A DNA stretch of 64,000 nucleotides from Octopus vulgaris (Eukaryota), in NCBI GenBank assembly GCA_951406725.2, contig OX597818.1, positions 21,204,001 to 21,268,000 of the forward strand. The letters run 5' to 3'. Shown here in pieces: positions 12,101 through 25,739 of the stretch. The notes under the pieces are model-generated. The model had not been told where the DNA came from, did no database searches, and worked only from the letters and a program-made list of their open reading frames with translations. The position numbers and the translations under genes are program-made. Positions within the stretch are counted from its first letter, which is position 1. Each line of letters starts with the position of its first letter.

Positions 12101-12879
12101 GGTTTCTCTGCAGAAGTACTTACCGTTCTGGATATTTACATTCCTCTTTTTCATTAAATTGGAAATGAAAATGACTTCTTTTGTCAGTGCAAAAAAAAAA
12201 AGTTTGTGTGTGTTGGGTTAAGATCCACTAATTTTATCTCTACTTTTCCATAGCTCATTTATTTTCCTTCCGTTTCAATTAAAAAATATATTTATTGTAC
12301 CCTGCTTTATTTTTATCTATATTTTTTACATATTCTTACTTCATAGCTCCTTATTTATCCCACATCTTACAGTTTTGTTTTTTGTTTTTGATTCCCTGCT
12401 AAAAATATTATCTGGAAAATTCTTCTACCACCATCCATCTTGCCCCTACTGGGTTTTTGTTTATCTAATCTTTCCTTTCTCTCTTTCTTCCCCTGGAGGA
12501 TATGAGCGAGTGTGTATGTTCTTAACTCTTTTTTATCTCTAATTTATTTCTTTACCTAGCTGTCTCTTACTCCCTCGTATGTTTCTTCTCAAATTAATTT
12601 TTTTATTCTATTTACATTTCTCTTTCTACTTTCAACTTTCTGTACATATATCTTTGGCTTTTTTTAGAATCATCAAAAGATAGCAAAGAGACCTTTTTTC
12701 TTCCAACACCCTCACTTCCTCCCTCTCAGATATTTTTGTGTCTGCCTTTCTCTAAATCCCATTTATCATCTTACAATACCTCTGTAATATATCTATTATA
12801 TATATAATTGATTTATGTGTTAATTACAGTGGCTTATTTAAAAAGTAACTGCTAGTGGTATATATATATATATATATAT

Positions 12880-13080
12880 CATCATCATCATCATTTAGCG
12901 TCCGCTTTCCATGCTAGCATGGGTTGGACTGTTCAACTGGGGTCTGGGAGGCCAGAAGGCTGCACCAGGCCCAGTCTGATCTGGCAATGTTTCTACGGCT
13001 GGATGCCCTTCCTAACGCCAACCACTCCGTGAGTGTAGTGGGTACTTTTTACATGCCAGACGAGGCTGGCAAACGGCCAT
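12880..13080 (-). mobile_element. RTE 3'-tail fragment
   Basis: (cat)n ttagcgtccgctttccatgctagc. Confidence 0.85.
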
Positions 13081-13839
13081 ACTTTAAACATACATGTATA
13101 CTTGTAACATGTGTACATCCACATGATCGCAAAATCATGGTTTCAATTCATGGACCAGGCAGTGTGTTGTGTTCTTGAGCAAAAGATTTCATCTTGTCCT
13201 ACAATCACTTCGATATCAAATATGTGGCCGCTCATGCATCTGTACAAGCAATGTCAGTTAGGAGAGAGAGAGATAGCTCATGTACTGCACAAACATTTGA
13301 TCGAGGTAAACAAATAATCTGGGCAGATTGTTCAGCAAGAGATTGCAGAACCATCTTTCCCAGACTCAGGAAGCTACTGAGAGCAATATCTTCATGTACA
13401 GACATACTTGCATATCACATACTGACAATGAACTGATGGACTTCTAGATTCCCCATGTCTGAATTCACCCATTATGATCTACTTAAAACAGCAAATTATT
13501 GGCAACACAGAAATGAGAGAAAAAGCACACAAGCTATGACCTTTTTTAAAAATTAATATTTGTTTAAAGTTTATACAGGTTCTCCTTCATTTTATAGACT
13601 TTTCAGTGTTCATTTTTTCTCATTTACAGTATGTAAGTACGTAATAGAAAGCAGAAAAAAATAATAATAATACTTAGAAGTGAAGATCAAAAGCTATTGT
13701 ATGGAAGCAAATATTTGTTAATCATTTAGTTTTATCTCATGTAATGTTGAAATAGCCTTATCTTATCAATACTAAACAATGGCACATTAAAGAAAATTTT
13801 AATAGACTAACTAATATGCTTTACATGCCTATGTCTGTA

Positions 13840-14080
13840 TGCGATATATATACATATATATACATATATATACATATATACATACATTTATACACATACA
13901 TACATATATACATATATATACATATATACATACATATATACATACATATATACATACATATATACATACATATATACATATACATATATATATATATATT
14001 ATATATATATATACATACATATATATATATATATATACATACATATATATACATATATATATATACATATATATACAAAC
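13840..14080. repeat. (TA)/(TACA) compound microsatellite
   Basis: Direct inspection. Confidence 0.95.
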
Positions 14081-14476
14081 ATATAATCATTTCTATAATC
14101 GCAGCTACATTACAAATAAATATGGTGTATACATCTGTGTTGTGTTTATGTATGTATATGCGTGAGCAAACATACTGTACTTTGAGGAAATATATTCAGA
14201 TCTAGACATACAAATCTGTTAATGCTTACAATATATGCATACGCTTCTATATGTGCATACGGAGGGGAGGGCTGTATTGATAATCGCACACATACACATG
14301 TATATTTATATATAAACACATAAACACACATATTCATGAGTCTGTGTGTGTGTGAGTGTATCGCATGTACACAAAGATAGCCTGAGGTAGGTTGTTGCTG
14401 TTAAACGGGATCCAAGTTTATATATATATATAGATGTAGAATCAATAAAGCAAGTACTCCATCTAGTGAGAGATGA

Positions 14477-14650
14477 ATATCAATTAAGTACACAACTGAA
14501 AGAGCTACTAATAGTTTCATGCTTTTATGATACTGGAACCAGCATATAAGAAAGATTGGTTTAAGATACATGGCATGTTTTATAAATATCAGGCATCATA
14601 AAATCATGAAACTATTAGTAGCTCTTTTGGTTGTGTATTTAAATTGATAT
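14477..14650. repeat. Fold-back with half-hammerhead (GAAA-ctat-TA-gtagc) in both arms
   Basis: ~55-bp inverted arms atatcaatt...ttttatgat / atcataaaa...aattgatat; TA-flanked. Confidence 0.65.
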
Positions 14651-14651
14651 A

Positions 14652-14692
<41 letters not shown>

Positions 14693-14828
14693 CTTGCTTA
14701 CCAACCACATGGTTCTGGGTTCAGTCCCACTGCATGGCACCTTGGGCAAGTGTCTTCTTCTATAGCCTTGGGCCGACCAAAGCCTTGTGAGTGGATTTGG
14801 TAGACGGAAACTGAAAGAAGCCCATCGA

Positions 14829-14860
<32 letters not shown>

Positions 14861-15071
14861 GTGTGTTTATGTTTGTGTGTCTGTCTTTGTCCCCTAACAT
14901 CGCTTGACAACTGATGCTGGTGTGTTTACATCCCAGTAACTTAGCGGTTCGGCTAAAGAGACTGATAGAAGAAGTACTAGGCTTCCAAAGAATAAGTCCT
15001 GGGGTCGATTTACTCAACTAAAGGTGGTGCTCCAGCATGGCTGCAGTCAAATGACTGAAACAAGTAAAAGA

Positions 15072-15106
<35 letters not shown>

Positions 15107-15293
15107 AAATGAGAAAATGGAGAAATATATCTAAATTAATCATCAACTATCAGATAATACCGAATCATATACTTTATTAAAACACTACACAATAGCAAAG
15201 AGATTAGACATAGATACAGTACAATAATTACAATCAATATGGTGAGATATAACTAAATAAATATAACAAGATATAAAAATACATTTACATTAT

Positions 15294-15406
15294 AACTGAC
15301 AGCTGTTTCGGCCATGAAGATAGGTATGTCTCATTTAACCTATTAGCCATATAATGCAGGTATAAATGAGACATTAACAAGGATATTATACGGCCTCTTC
15401 GGAGAT
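15294..15406 (-). ncRNA. Hammerhead-like motif with long stem II insert
   Basis: Minus: atct-CCGAAGA-ggccg...tggcc-GAAA-cagctg-TC-agtt; internal 12-bp hairpin; U4>C and weak stem I. Confidence 0.6.
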
Positions 15407-15844
15407 TCTAATGCAAGTATGAGTACAAACCCTAAAATAATTTACATATAAATATAAATGAGTGCATACATACTCATATTCCTACATATATATACAAATA
15501 CACAATAATACAATATAAACAATATAAATCAATATACATCAATAAACACAATAATGTTCCATATTGAATGCCACAGCTCCTCAGCCAACATCAAGAAACC
15601 ACAACAGACACACTCACACTCAATGCAGGCATATATATTAAACAGTTCAATATATTAAAATGTGTCACTTCACAAAAAGCCAATAAAGTTAATACCACCA
15701 CCATAGTACCATCAACCCCTATCTCATTTTATATATATATATATATATATTCTCTGATTCTTCAGATTTTTGTATGCTAGGCTACTGGTTTTAAATTGAT
15801 ATTAATTAAATTAATATTCAATTTATCTCCCTCATTATTTAAAT

Positions 15845-15889
<45 letters not shown>

Positions 15890-16044
15890 TGTTTGCTTTT
15901 ATGTTTAGTTATAATAAAAGTAATTTTACATTAACCTGATGGGTTACTCTATGCTTTTGTAGAGTACAAATTTATTATTCCTTTATAAGAATAGTGTTGA
16001 CAATAACTTTGAAGTTTTGGCTAGCTTCAAAGTCTCTGTCAACA

Positions 16045-16091
16045 ATATGTGTGCATGTGTGTGTGTGTGTGTGTGTCTGTGTGTGTGTGTG

Positions 16092-16157
<66 letters not shown>

Positions 16158-16195
16158 TGAGTGAGTGAGTGAGTGAGTGAGTGTGTGGGGGGGGT
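16045..16195. repeat. (GT)n/(GAGT)n microsatellite
   Basis: Direct inspection. Confidence 0.95.
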
Positions 16196-16701
16196 GCCAG
16201 CAAGGAAAACAGACATAATATGAGATGATATATGCACAATAGGCATCCATACATCCTCCACCTACCAAACTCACTCACAAAGAACTGGTCAGCTTGCAGC
16301 CGTAGTAGAAGAGCACTGCCAAAATAATGGGACCAAATCCAAAACCACATTCTTGCAAAATGAGCCTTTTAACCACAAAGCCGTGCTCTGACAGTAAGGG
16401 TGTGAAGACTCACTAAAGTTTAATATATATGTGTATGTGAGTATGTCTTTCACTCGTGTATCTTAGCAAAAGAAGTGGATGCATGCAAGAAATAAAAACT
16501 GGTATTTCTGAGCAAAAACAACTTTTGCTATTTATTCTGCCCTCATTGTACAGTCACTTCCTTGTCACTCTCACCACTGAAAAAAATTATTTATAACTGG
16601 AGAAGCCAAGTTGTTTTTACTTGTGGCCATTCAACTCTTGAGATTTAGGAGACTTGTCACCATTTTAAGGTTCTGTAGCTAAAATACAGAAACTACCAGA
16701 G

Positions 16702-16835
16702 TATGATGATAATGATGATGATGATGGTGGTGGCGGTGGTGGTGGTGGTGGTGGTGGTGGTGGTGGGTGGTGGTGGTGGTGGTGGTGGTGGTGGTGGTGG
16801 TGGCGGCGGTGGTGGTGGTGATGATGACGATGATG
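16702..16835. repeat. (GGT)n/(GAT)n microsatellite
   Basis: Direct inspection. Confidence 0.95.
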
Positions 16836-17461
16836 TCACAGAATCCATAAGTAAAAGAAAAATGGAGATTAAGAAATAAGCAACGAAAAAATATAAGACT
16901 CATTAATCATTCTTGCATCATCTGTGTAATGAAATTACACAGATGTTTTTGTTTTGAGGAGTTCATCGTGTAATTTAATCCACTGACACAAGGAAAAAGA
17001 ATGACTGAACCAGCAGATAAGCATGATAAGCTCGATAAATCAACACAAATAGATTGTTATCTTCTGTTTTATGTTTTTGTTTTTGTTTTTGTTTTTGTTC
17101 TTCTTATTTCTTTACGTAAAGGACAAACATTTTTAAATATTAGCTGTTTATCTTGTTTGATAGGATGGATATATATGTCTGTAGAGGTTGAGTGAGAGTT
17201 TGTTAATTTTAGGAGGCTTTTTCTTTGTATTACTAATTTGTTTCTTTGTTTTGGGTTGTTTTCTTTTTATAGTTTCAATTATTTTATTTTAATGCAATGA
17301 GTTACTACAATATACATTATCAGATAGAACACAAACAGATATGCATATGTGGGAGGATGAATAGATAGAAACAAACAAACTGCTGGAAAAATACAGTTAC
17401 AGAGATGACTAAGTAGATAGTTAGTAAGATAAAGAGATAAACAGCTGCATGAGAATAGATA

Positions 17462-18737
17462 CAGGGGTTGGACAAAATAATGGAAACACCTAGCATCATA
17501 GTACCATAAATATGAAATATCTATAAAACCATTAAAAGCTTGTTTGGTTTTATGTTTTTTGATTTATTATTAGTCTTGTTTAATATGTTTTGCTAAAATT
17601 GCTGTTTCTTTTCAGATATCATCAGAAAAAGGTAATTAAAATTCATTAAAAATACAGATCTATTGGACTTTGAAAGAGTCGAATTGTTGGTGCTTGAATG
17701 GCAGATGCTAATATAACAAAAGCAGCTGAAATGCTTGGTGTATTAAGAAGTACTGTCTTGAAAGTAATGCCAGCCTTTGAGAAAGGGGGAAAACCTCCTT
17801 GTCAAAACATAACTCCAGAAGAAAACCAAAACTTTCAGATAAGGGACCCTCAGACACTTACATGAATTGTTAGAAAGAATCACAAAAGTACAGTTCCCAA
17901 AATTACTGCAGAGCTTAATGACCACCTCAAGAACCCAGTTTCCACAAAAACTGTTCACCGAGAGCTGCACAAATCTGGATTTCACAGGAGGGCTGCAATC
18001 AGAAAACCACTACTTTCAAAAACAAACATTGCAAAGCATTTAGAGTGGAGTAAAAACCTACAGAATTGGTCCCCAAAGTAGTGGAAGAATGTTATTTTCT
18101 TGGACGAGTCATCCTTTACCTTATTTCCAACTACCAACCAAGTATACGTGTGGAGACAGCCAAAAGAGGCATTTGACTCAGACTGCCTTCTTCCAACTGT
18201 TAAACATGGAGGAGGATCTGTGATAATCTGGTGGGGGGGGGGGGCTATATCTTGGAAATCTGCTGGCCCACTCATATCCCTACAAGGCAGAATAGTCAAG
18301 CCTATTTAAGCATTTTATCTGATCAGATTCATCCTATGGTTGTGGAACTGTTTCCGGAGGGAATCGCAGTCTTTCAGGATGATAATGCAGCAATTCACAC
18401 AGCTAAAGTTGTTACTGAATGGCATGAAGAACATTCTAGTGAAGTTGAACATCTTATCTGGCCACCACAGTCCCCAGATCTCAATATTATTGAACATTTA
18501 TGCTACATTTTAGAAAACAAGTAAGGAGTCGATATCCTCCACCATCATCACTACAAGAACTGGAGACTGTTTTACCTGAAGAATGGACAAAAATTCCTTT
18601 GGAAACAATTCAAACTTTCTACAAGACCATATCTCATAGAATTCAAGCTATTATTACTGCCAAAGGCAGTCCTATCCCATACTAAAATAAATTTGTTTGA
18701 AATTTGAAGGTGTTTCCATTATTTTGTCTAACCCCTG
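17462..18737 (+). mobile_element. Tc1/mariner DNA transposon, decayed transposase
   Basis: TIR caggggttggacaaaataatggaaacacc / ggtgtttccattattttgtctaacccctg, TA TSDs; DES, VKHGGGSV, FQDDNA, WPPQSPDLNIIE; stops and frameshifts. Confidence 0.95.
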
Positions 18738-18959
18738 TAGGGAGAGCTAGATAGAAAGATAACTTGATGTATGAAGATAGACTTAAACAGGCACGTTTTT
18801 TACTTTTCCCCATTGAAAGGGAAGTTTTAAAATGATGGATATAGAATAATAATGAGTCTAATGATTGCACAATATATTTGTATGGTCAATTGAATTGCCC
18901 TCAAAACACAATTAGCACAATACTACAAAGCATTCTATTCTGACTCTTAACCAAAATAT

Positions 18960-19097
18960 TAGGTTGTCCCAAAAGTTTGTAAACACTTGCGAAATTGAAT
19001 TTTTACTCGCCAAGTACTAACAAAAACAACAAAAATTATTCCTCAAAATAAAGACCATTATTTTCCAAGACTTTCTACGAACTTTTGGGACAACCTT
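18960..19097. mobile_element. Short mariner-type MITE
   Basis: TIR aggttgtcccaaaagtt / aacttttgggacaacct. Confidence 0.7.
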
Positions 19098-19329
19098 ATA
19101 ATTACAATTTCTAACATTGTTATATAGCCACATCAACCCCACAAACAAATAAAAAAAGGAAAGATAAAGTTGATTCTGATGGAATTTTAATACATAGCAT
19201 ACAAAGCTTTTAATCTAATATTTTTCTGATTTTCCATATGAATGCAATATAATAATAATAATAACAGCACTGTAACAAATTTTTGTTCTTTTTGTTTTTG
19301 GTCAATGTTATTTCCTTCATTGCTTCTAT

Positions 19330-19662
19330 CTAGAATTCAAAAGGAATGACAGCAATTCCCTTCAAACTTTGCTTTTATCACCTGTTTTCCATTACATTAC
19401 AGACAGATTCAACCCTGAATTGCTGAAGCAGAAATTTCATTATAGCAAATATTCTGCTAACTGCTACAAATTTGCTTGTCAGTTACTTGGCCTTAAACAC
19501 TTGAGCATTTCCCCTAGTGGCTGATAATATGTGCATCTCTGATCATGATCAGGAGTAGTGGGGGAGAATCATACCCATGTGTTGAGAGGGATTCTTTGGG
19601 GTTTGAATAATGTAACAAAGCAAAGTTTGAAGGAAATATTAGCCGTTTTTCATACTTTCTAG
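19330..19662. mobile_element. Degenerate TIR element (MITE)
   Basis: ccttcaaactttgcttt / aaagcaaagtttgaagg inverted termini. Confidence 0.5.
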
Positions 19663-21289
19663 GGGTAAGCAAATAGAAAATAACAGTTGCTACCCAAGGA
19701 CAAAAATCATGTTATACAGTGTAATTGCTTCAAATTTTGTCACAAGGCCAGGATTTTTGAGGGGAGGAGGTTAGTTGACTTCAGTACTTTATTTTATCGA
19801 CCCCCAAATGGATGAAAGCAAAAATTGAACTCAGAACATAAGGAGCTAAAACAAGTACCACAAAGCCTCTTTGCATATACACTAATGACACTAATTATTC
19901 TGCCAGCTTGCCATCACTTTAAATGATACTTGTTTCTAATTTAGACATGAAGCAAGCAATTTTGAGAAGAGGGAATAAGTCGATACCATTGGCCCAGGAA
20001 CTAACTGGTGCTTTATTTTATCAACCACAAAGGGATGAAAAGTAAAATTAACCTTGGCAGGATTTGAATTCAAGATGTGAAAAGCCGGAAGAAATGGCAC
20101 TAAGCATTTTATCCAGCTTTGCTAATGGCTCTGCCAGTTTGCTGCCTTTCAATAATAATTCTTTCAAATTTTGGCACAAGGCTAGCAATTACCGGAGTAG
20201 AGTGTAGTCAATTATATCGATCTCAGTACTTGACTGGTACTTTCTTTTATTGGCCTCAAAAGAATGAAAGGTGATGTAGACCTTGATGGGATTTGAACTC
20301 AGGCCATGAAGAACCGGAAGAAATGCTGCTAAGAATTTTATCCAACTCACTAACAGCTTGCCGCCTTACATTAATAACTTTTAATTATGCTTTATCCTTA
20401 ATAGTAACTATGAGGATCCTAATTTAAAAAATTTTTACACTATGTCCCTACATATCATAAGGGGCATGAAGGACATCCAGTCATAAATCACTTGCCTCAA
20501 AAAATTTCACCCAACCCAATGCTGGCATGAAAAAAAAAACAAAAACAGATGTAAAAACAATGATGAATAATGAATTTTTGCATTAACTGTAACTCAGTCA
20601 TGGGACACGAATCCATGGTAAGTAGAAAGCATTCTACTGCAATCTGTTATTGTTTCTAACAGCTGGTGGAATTGACCGACATAAAAATGGTATGCCCAGA
20701 AAAACAGAGGGGTGAAACACTAGAGCTGAAAAGAAGTGACGCTCACGGGCGAGATTAATTGTAAATGTTATCAAATCTTTTGTGGTGACTTGGAAATATA
20801 AAGGACAAATAACCGTTTGCATCATACATTAATATTGAAAGGCGCAGTTTTTTTAACAACACTGTTGCTTACTATTCAGTCGACTAAGCTACAAACTTCA
20901 TGGGAGGCAACTCTTATATGAGTTACGTCCCTTTAAAATATTTCGTTTTTGGATTTGGTTTGCAAGATTTTTTATATGAGTTCGTGTGTTGAAGCATATT
21001 GTTGTGTCTAGGGAGAGTAATTCTCTTTTAGTGCCTTATTACTTAATACACTCACCGGTAAAATTTCCACTTATTTCTTTAAAATGTTTTGCCGTTAATT
21101 TTGTTTTGTAGACGTTTTAATCTTTCTTGGCCTTCATACATTTCACTGATCATAACGACAGTACTTATTTCTAAGGCCTGGTATATATTTCATCCATTTA
21201 TCTTCGTCAAGCCACTAGAATACAGAATATGATCGTAAACAGTGCAACAGAGACACACATATGCAGCTAGAGGCTTCTTCGAGACAACC

Positions 21290-22790
21290 TGTTGAAGGCT
21301 ACAGGCCAGATCTATGGTGTAAGGTTTCAGCTGAACAGAAGGTGATATGGTGGTAGAATAGTAATGAAGATAGCACTATAGACCTAAAAAGGCAAGTCCT
21401 AGTCATTTGCATAGCTAATCAGGCTACGTAGTACAGAAAGGTGACATACCCAATAACAATGATAGTGTTACTGTCATTGTTCCTAAGTAAAGGAGATGTA
21501 CCAGAAAGAGAAAGGCAATTACAGAGGTATCAAATTATTGGAGCAAGATATTAAAGTTACAGAAAAAGTTGTACTACAATTAATTAGGAACAGAATTAGC
21601 CAAGTTGAAATACAATGTAGATTCATGCCAAGAAGAAGCACCACCAATATTATATCCTTGAGAGACAACTGCAGAAGTTCTTAGCTAGAAATATGCCCCT
21701 ATATCAAACACAAGCAAAACGCCTCCTGTCCAATGGACGGTGCTGAGTTGTCAAACATTTAAACCAAATTTTCTCAAAACAACTTGTCCAACCGTCCCAC
21801 TTTGTGTCATTATTTCAAGCCAGCCGGCTTTTTTTGTGCAAACTGCCTGTGCATTTTTCTCACATACGCATAGTATCAATCGCAACAGCTGATGTACTTG
21901 CGCATACAAATGCTCGTTCCCACGGCTTTATTGATTGCATTCTCACCTGGAATTGATTTTTGTAATTTTTTTCAAGACTTATACACGCCCTGATACCATC
22001 GCTATCTACATAGCAAATTTGAGTGCAATCAGACGGAGGATGCCCGAGATTCTATAAGATACACACACACACACACACACAGACAGAACAGATTTTATAT
22101 AATAGATTTGTCAACCCAGAGAAGGCTTTTGACAAGATTCCATGTTCTTTAATCTGGTTGTTGCTAAAGAAACTAGAGATAAATAAAGCATATGATGGTT
22201 GTACAAACCATGTACAGAAGTACAGTCAGCAAGGTGAGGGTCAGCAATGAGTTTAACAATGAATTTAGCATGCATGCAGGAGTCTATCAAGGCTCAGTCT
22301 TGTTTATTTTAGAGCTCCAAACCATAACAGAGGTATTTAAGATTGACTGTCTAAGGAAATCCCTGTGTGCTGATGAAATAATTCTTATATGAAAATCTAG
22401 ATTTAGAGAAAAAATTTCAAACATGGAAGCAAAACCTGGAATCAAAGGACTTCAAAGAAAACTTATGCATAAAATGTAGGAAAGAATACAAGATCATCTA
22501 CCATCATGGAAATGGCCATGCTTGGTATAAAGATAAAAAAAAAGGAGCAGGTAGAAATTCTATATGGCGTACTTGTATAGATTATGAAAGCACAAGAGTT
22601 GCATTGCGATGATGGGCAGACTAAAAGAAAATGTAGACTTCATATATATACAGTACAGATGCAGCAAGCATAAAGAACAAAAGTGAAACTGATTCTCTCA
22701 AATGCCCAGAAAGCTCTCTGGAGTCTCTTGATAGCTTTTATTACATAGGTGACCTAATTAGAAGTGGAGTTGGATGTTTTGAGCCTCAAC
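21290..22790 (+). mobile_element. Old RTE RT fragment interrupted by a Helitron-like insert
   Basis: NYRGIKLL, EKAFD, GVYQGSVL. Confidence 0.7.
21700..22106 (-). mobile_element. Non-autonomous Helitron/DINE-like insert
   Basis: (CA)n followed by ttttatataataga (= 5' tctattatataaaa), splits the RTE fragment. Confidence 0.5.
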
Positions 22791-23715
22791 AAAATCTACC
22801 TTAGCAAACAATGATGATGATGATCTGTTTATGAAAGGTAGTGCCAATGTTTATGATAGAAGCAGAGTTCATGAAGGACTATATAAATATTTACTTCTTT
22901 ATTGCCCACATTGGGGTGGGGGCTAAACATAGAGGGGGCAAACAAGGACGGGCAAAGGGAGTAAGTCAATTACATCAACTCCAGTGCATAACTGGTTCTT
23001 ATTTAATCAACCCTGAATGGATGAAAGGCAAAGTCGACCTTGGTGGAATTTGAACTCAGAACGTAACAGCAGTTGTGCTAATGATTCTGCCAGCTTACCA
23101 CCTATATGAATATTAATGGGTATCAATCACATGTTCCAATCAGTTAAGGAAGTATACGGCACAGCTCCAGAAAAATATTCGGACAAGCTGGAGCAGCTGT
23201 GGACTCATTGGACAAGGTTGTTTGGCACTGCTGACATCTAAACAGGATAAAGATTCAGGTTTTTAGGTTTCTGGTCACCCCTGTCTTGCTCTATAGTTGT
23301 GAGATTTTGACACTGTCCAGGACCTTTAGGAGCTGCCTGAACTCCTTTAGTACTGATACTCAGAAACTAGGATGCATCCGGTTTCTTGTACAATATGAGA
23401 ATGCCAGCTGAGACAGTCTGGCCATGTTGCTCGATTTTCCAAGCCAGATTTTGTTTACCTAGTTCTCTTCACTGAGGCATCTCATATTGGTCAACAACAT
23501 ATCACATGGTCGCAAAAGATGAGGAGGTATCTCACGGGGATGAGGACTGACTGGGACTCTGCTAAATGGGTCACCTGAAAGTGGTGGATGCAGCAATGTT
23601 CTGCAATGGTACATGCCCCTACACCTGAATCACATGTTAGGGCTAAAATCATCATTTGGATGTTTGAAGAGTAAAGTTTGAATGATGAGCTGAGAATCTG
23701 ATAATCTGTTTCTGA

Positions 23716-23945
23716 CAGACGATGTTATCATGAAAGAGTAAAGGATCCGTGGAATAAGCTGCCGGACGAGATAGTGAAGATGCCAACGACCCTCAGTTCA
23801 AAGTCTCTCTTGACCAGAAATGGCCTGAACTCTTTATATGAACACCCTTCCTGTACATAACTCCATGTCCCCCTACATGGACTTGCTTTTGCTTTTTGAG
23901 CCAAAAAAAAAATTAAATTAAATTAAATTAAATTAAATTTTAAAA
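23716..23945 (+). mobile_element. CR1-like LINE extreme 3' end
   Basis: RVKDPWNKLPDEIV, followed by (ttaaa)n tail. Confidence 0.55.
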
Positions 23946-24895
23946 AATAACGTCTATATGTAAATAAGCATTCAAATATGTAACTGTGTGTGTGTGTACA
24001 GGTACACACATATATTTATGCACCATACAAAGGAACAAACAAATTGAGACTTTGAATTGCATTCTGTTTTGGTAGAATTATTTTATTTTATTAAATACAA
24101 AGAAACAAATCATTTAATTAAATATACAGTAATTGTAAACATTCTAACCACAACTGGTCAGTTTTCTTTTAACATTCATTATGGTAACAAAGACTTCAAT
24201 AGTACTGCAACAGTTCAAGAAAGGAGAAATTCTCTTTGGTTTTTATAATTGACTTGTATGTATGTAATTTCAGTATGTAATTTCAGCCAATAACTCGGGC
24301 TTTTTTTATTGAACTTGGTCATAGTTCATTTATTTTCATTCAGTGTCTGGCGGTCGTATTAGAGATGCCTTGTGTCAAAATCTATTCGTAGCAGCCGTTC
24401 TCTCAACAACGTTCACACGCGCCTGACTCGGGCTCAGAAGTTACAGCCCGGGTTGTTATCTATAATCCTAAAAATTAAAAGTAATTCAAATTCTGTTTTC
24501 TTGAAACAATAAATTTCTATAGAGATTAGGATTTAAATTGTAATCTATGAAAAGTTTCCGTTCTACAATATCCTTAACAGAACAAAAAATTATCCAGCAA
24601 CTCAAGCTGGTACGAATGAGCCTGGTAGGTGTAAAAGACTAACTGGCATCCCTTGTCAAGAGTACAGGTGACAGTCAGATTGCTGATGTTTGTTGTGCAC
24701 TCTGCTGTCGTTATTTGATTGCTGTTATTCTGTGTGTCTGTGTGTAAAGATTAACAGTGTTTTGCAGTGTTGCTTTATATTCTACCCTTAACATAGTGCT
24801 AGATATAAAAAAAATAAGCCATTTGGAGGTAGAAATAGAGCAAAAAAATGTGAAACTCTTTGAGCAGGCATGTGTCTTATGTGAAATCTGTGATG

Positions 24896-24962
24896 AGCCT
24901 GAATGATGCTGATGACCTGCGTCGCCGCCATCAATCGATGTATGGATGTAAAAGTACTAGTT
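24896..24962 (+). ncRNA. Degenerate hammerhead motif, same family as 49444
   Basis: CTGAATGA/CTGATGA...AAAA-gtac-TA-gtt, followed by ~140 bp similar to the reverse complement of 49305-49450. Confidence 0.4.
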
Positions 24963-25167
24963 TTATCACAATAAATATATAATATTCTATTAATATATTA
25001 TTGTAAAATTGTAAAAATTGTAAATAATAAAATATGAAAATCAGATGAGGTTGGAATTTCATTGATTAATATATTCTTCTACACACAATCATACAAACCC
25101 GTGTGTGTGAACATATATGTATATATATATATATATAGAGAGAGGGAGAGAGAGAGAGAGATGTGTG

Positions 25168-25376
25168 TATTTTTCCCTTGTTAACAATTAACACAGAAAA
25201 AATAGATAAATAGTTACCAGGGTAGCAAAAAATTACACAAGTAAAAAGGTTGTAACTCCTTGTTTTTAAAGGTAGAAACTTCGGGTTTATGTGAAATTTT
25301 TTGTATGATATATATATAAATAAATAAATGTGTCAGAAGTAAAAGAATTTGAATAACACCCGTGTTTAACTCCATT
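25168..25376. mobile_element. Partial copy of the 27498-28225 family with a short inverted tail
   Basis: 25168-25320 matches 27498-27645, then inverted aaa-tgtg-tc-agaagtaaaagaatttgaataacacc. Confidence 0.75.
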
Positions 25377-25382
25377 TATTTA

Positions 25383-25428
<46 letters not shown>

Positions 25429-25739
25429 CAGATACACAGAAGTATATTAAAAACTATACCACAAAGGTTCTTAGTCTAGATTTATTAGCATTATCTCCAC
25501 TTGTAGAGGATGTATCATAATTAGCAAAAAGCAATTAAAGCAAGATCAATATGAGAAGCAAACATAGCCACAAGAAACAAGGATTCTCAAAAGTTATCAT
25601 GCTGTTAAGCACAGTATTTTAGACAATAAAGCACAGGTTTATTGTCTAGAAATAAGAAGACAGTCAAGGAATCAGCATGGCAATTGTCCCATCTAACTGC
25701 TGGTAGTCAAGACTTAGACATATACAACATATACAAAAA

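Noticed and set aside
13816-14205. YI/HT/CV-rich ORFs here and throughout the ORF track
   Set aside because: Translations of (TA), (CA) and (TACA) microsatellites.
16919-16950. 12-bp hairpin plus T-run resembling an intrinsic terminator (similar isolated hairpin at 583-616)
   Set aside because: Eukaryotic context with no associated transcription unit.
24889-24915. C/D snoRNA (GTGATGA...CTGA)
   Set aside because: Boxes are too close and there is no terminal stem; better explained as a degenerate hammerhead-family segment.
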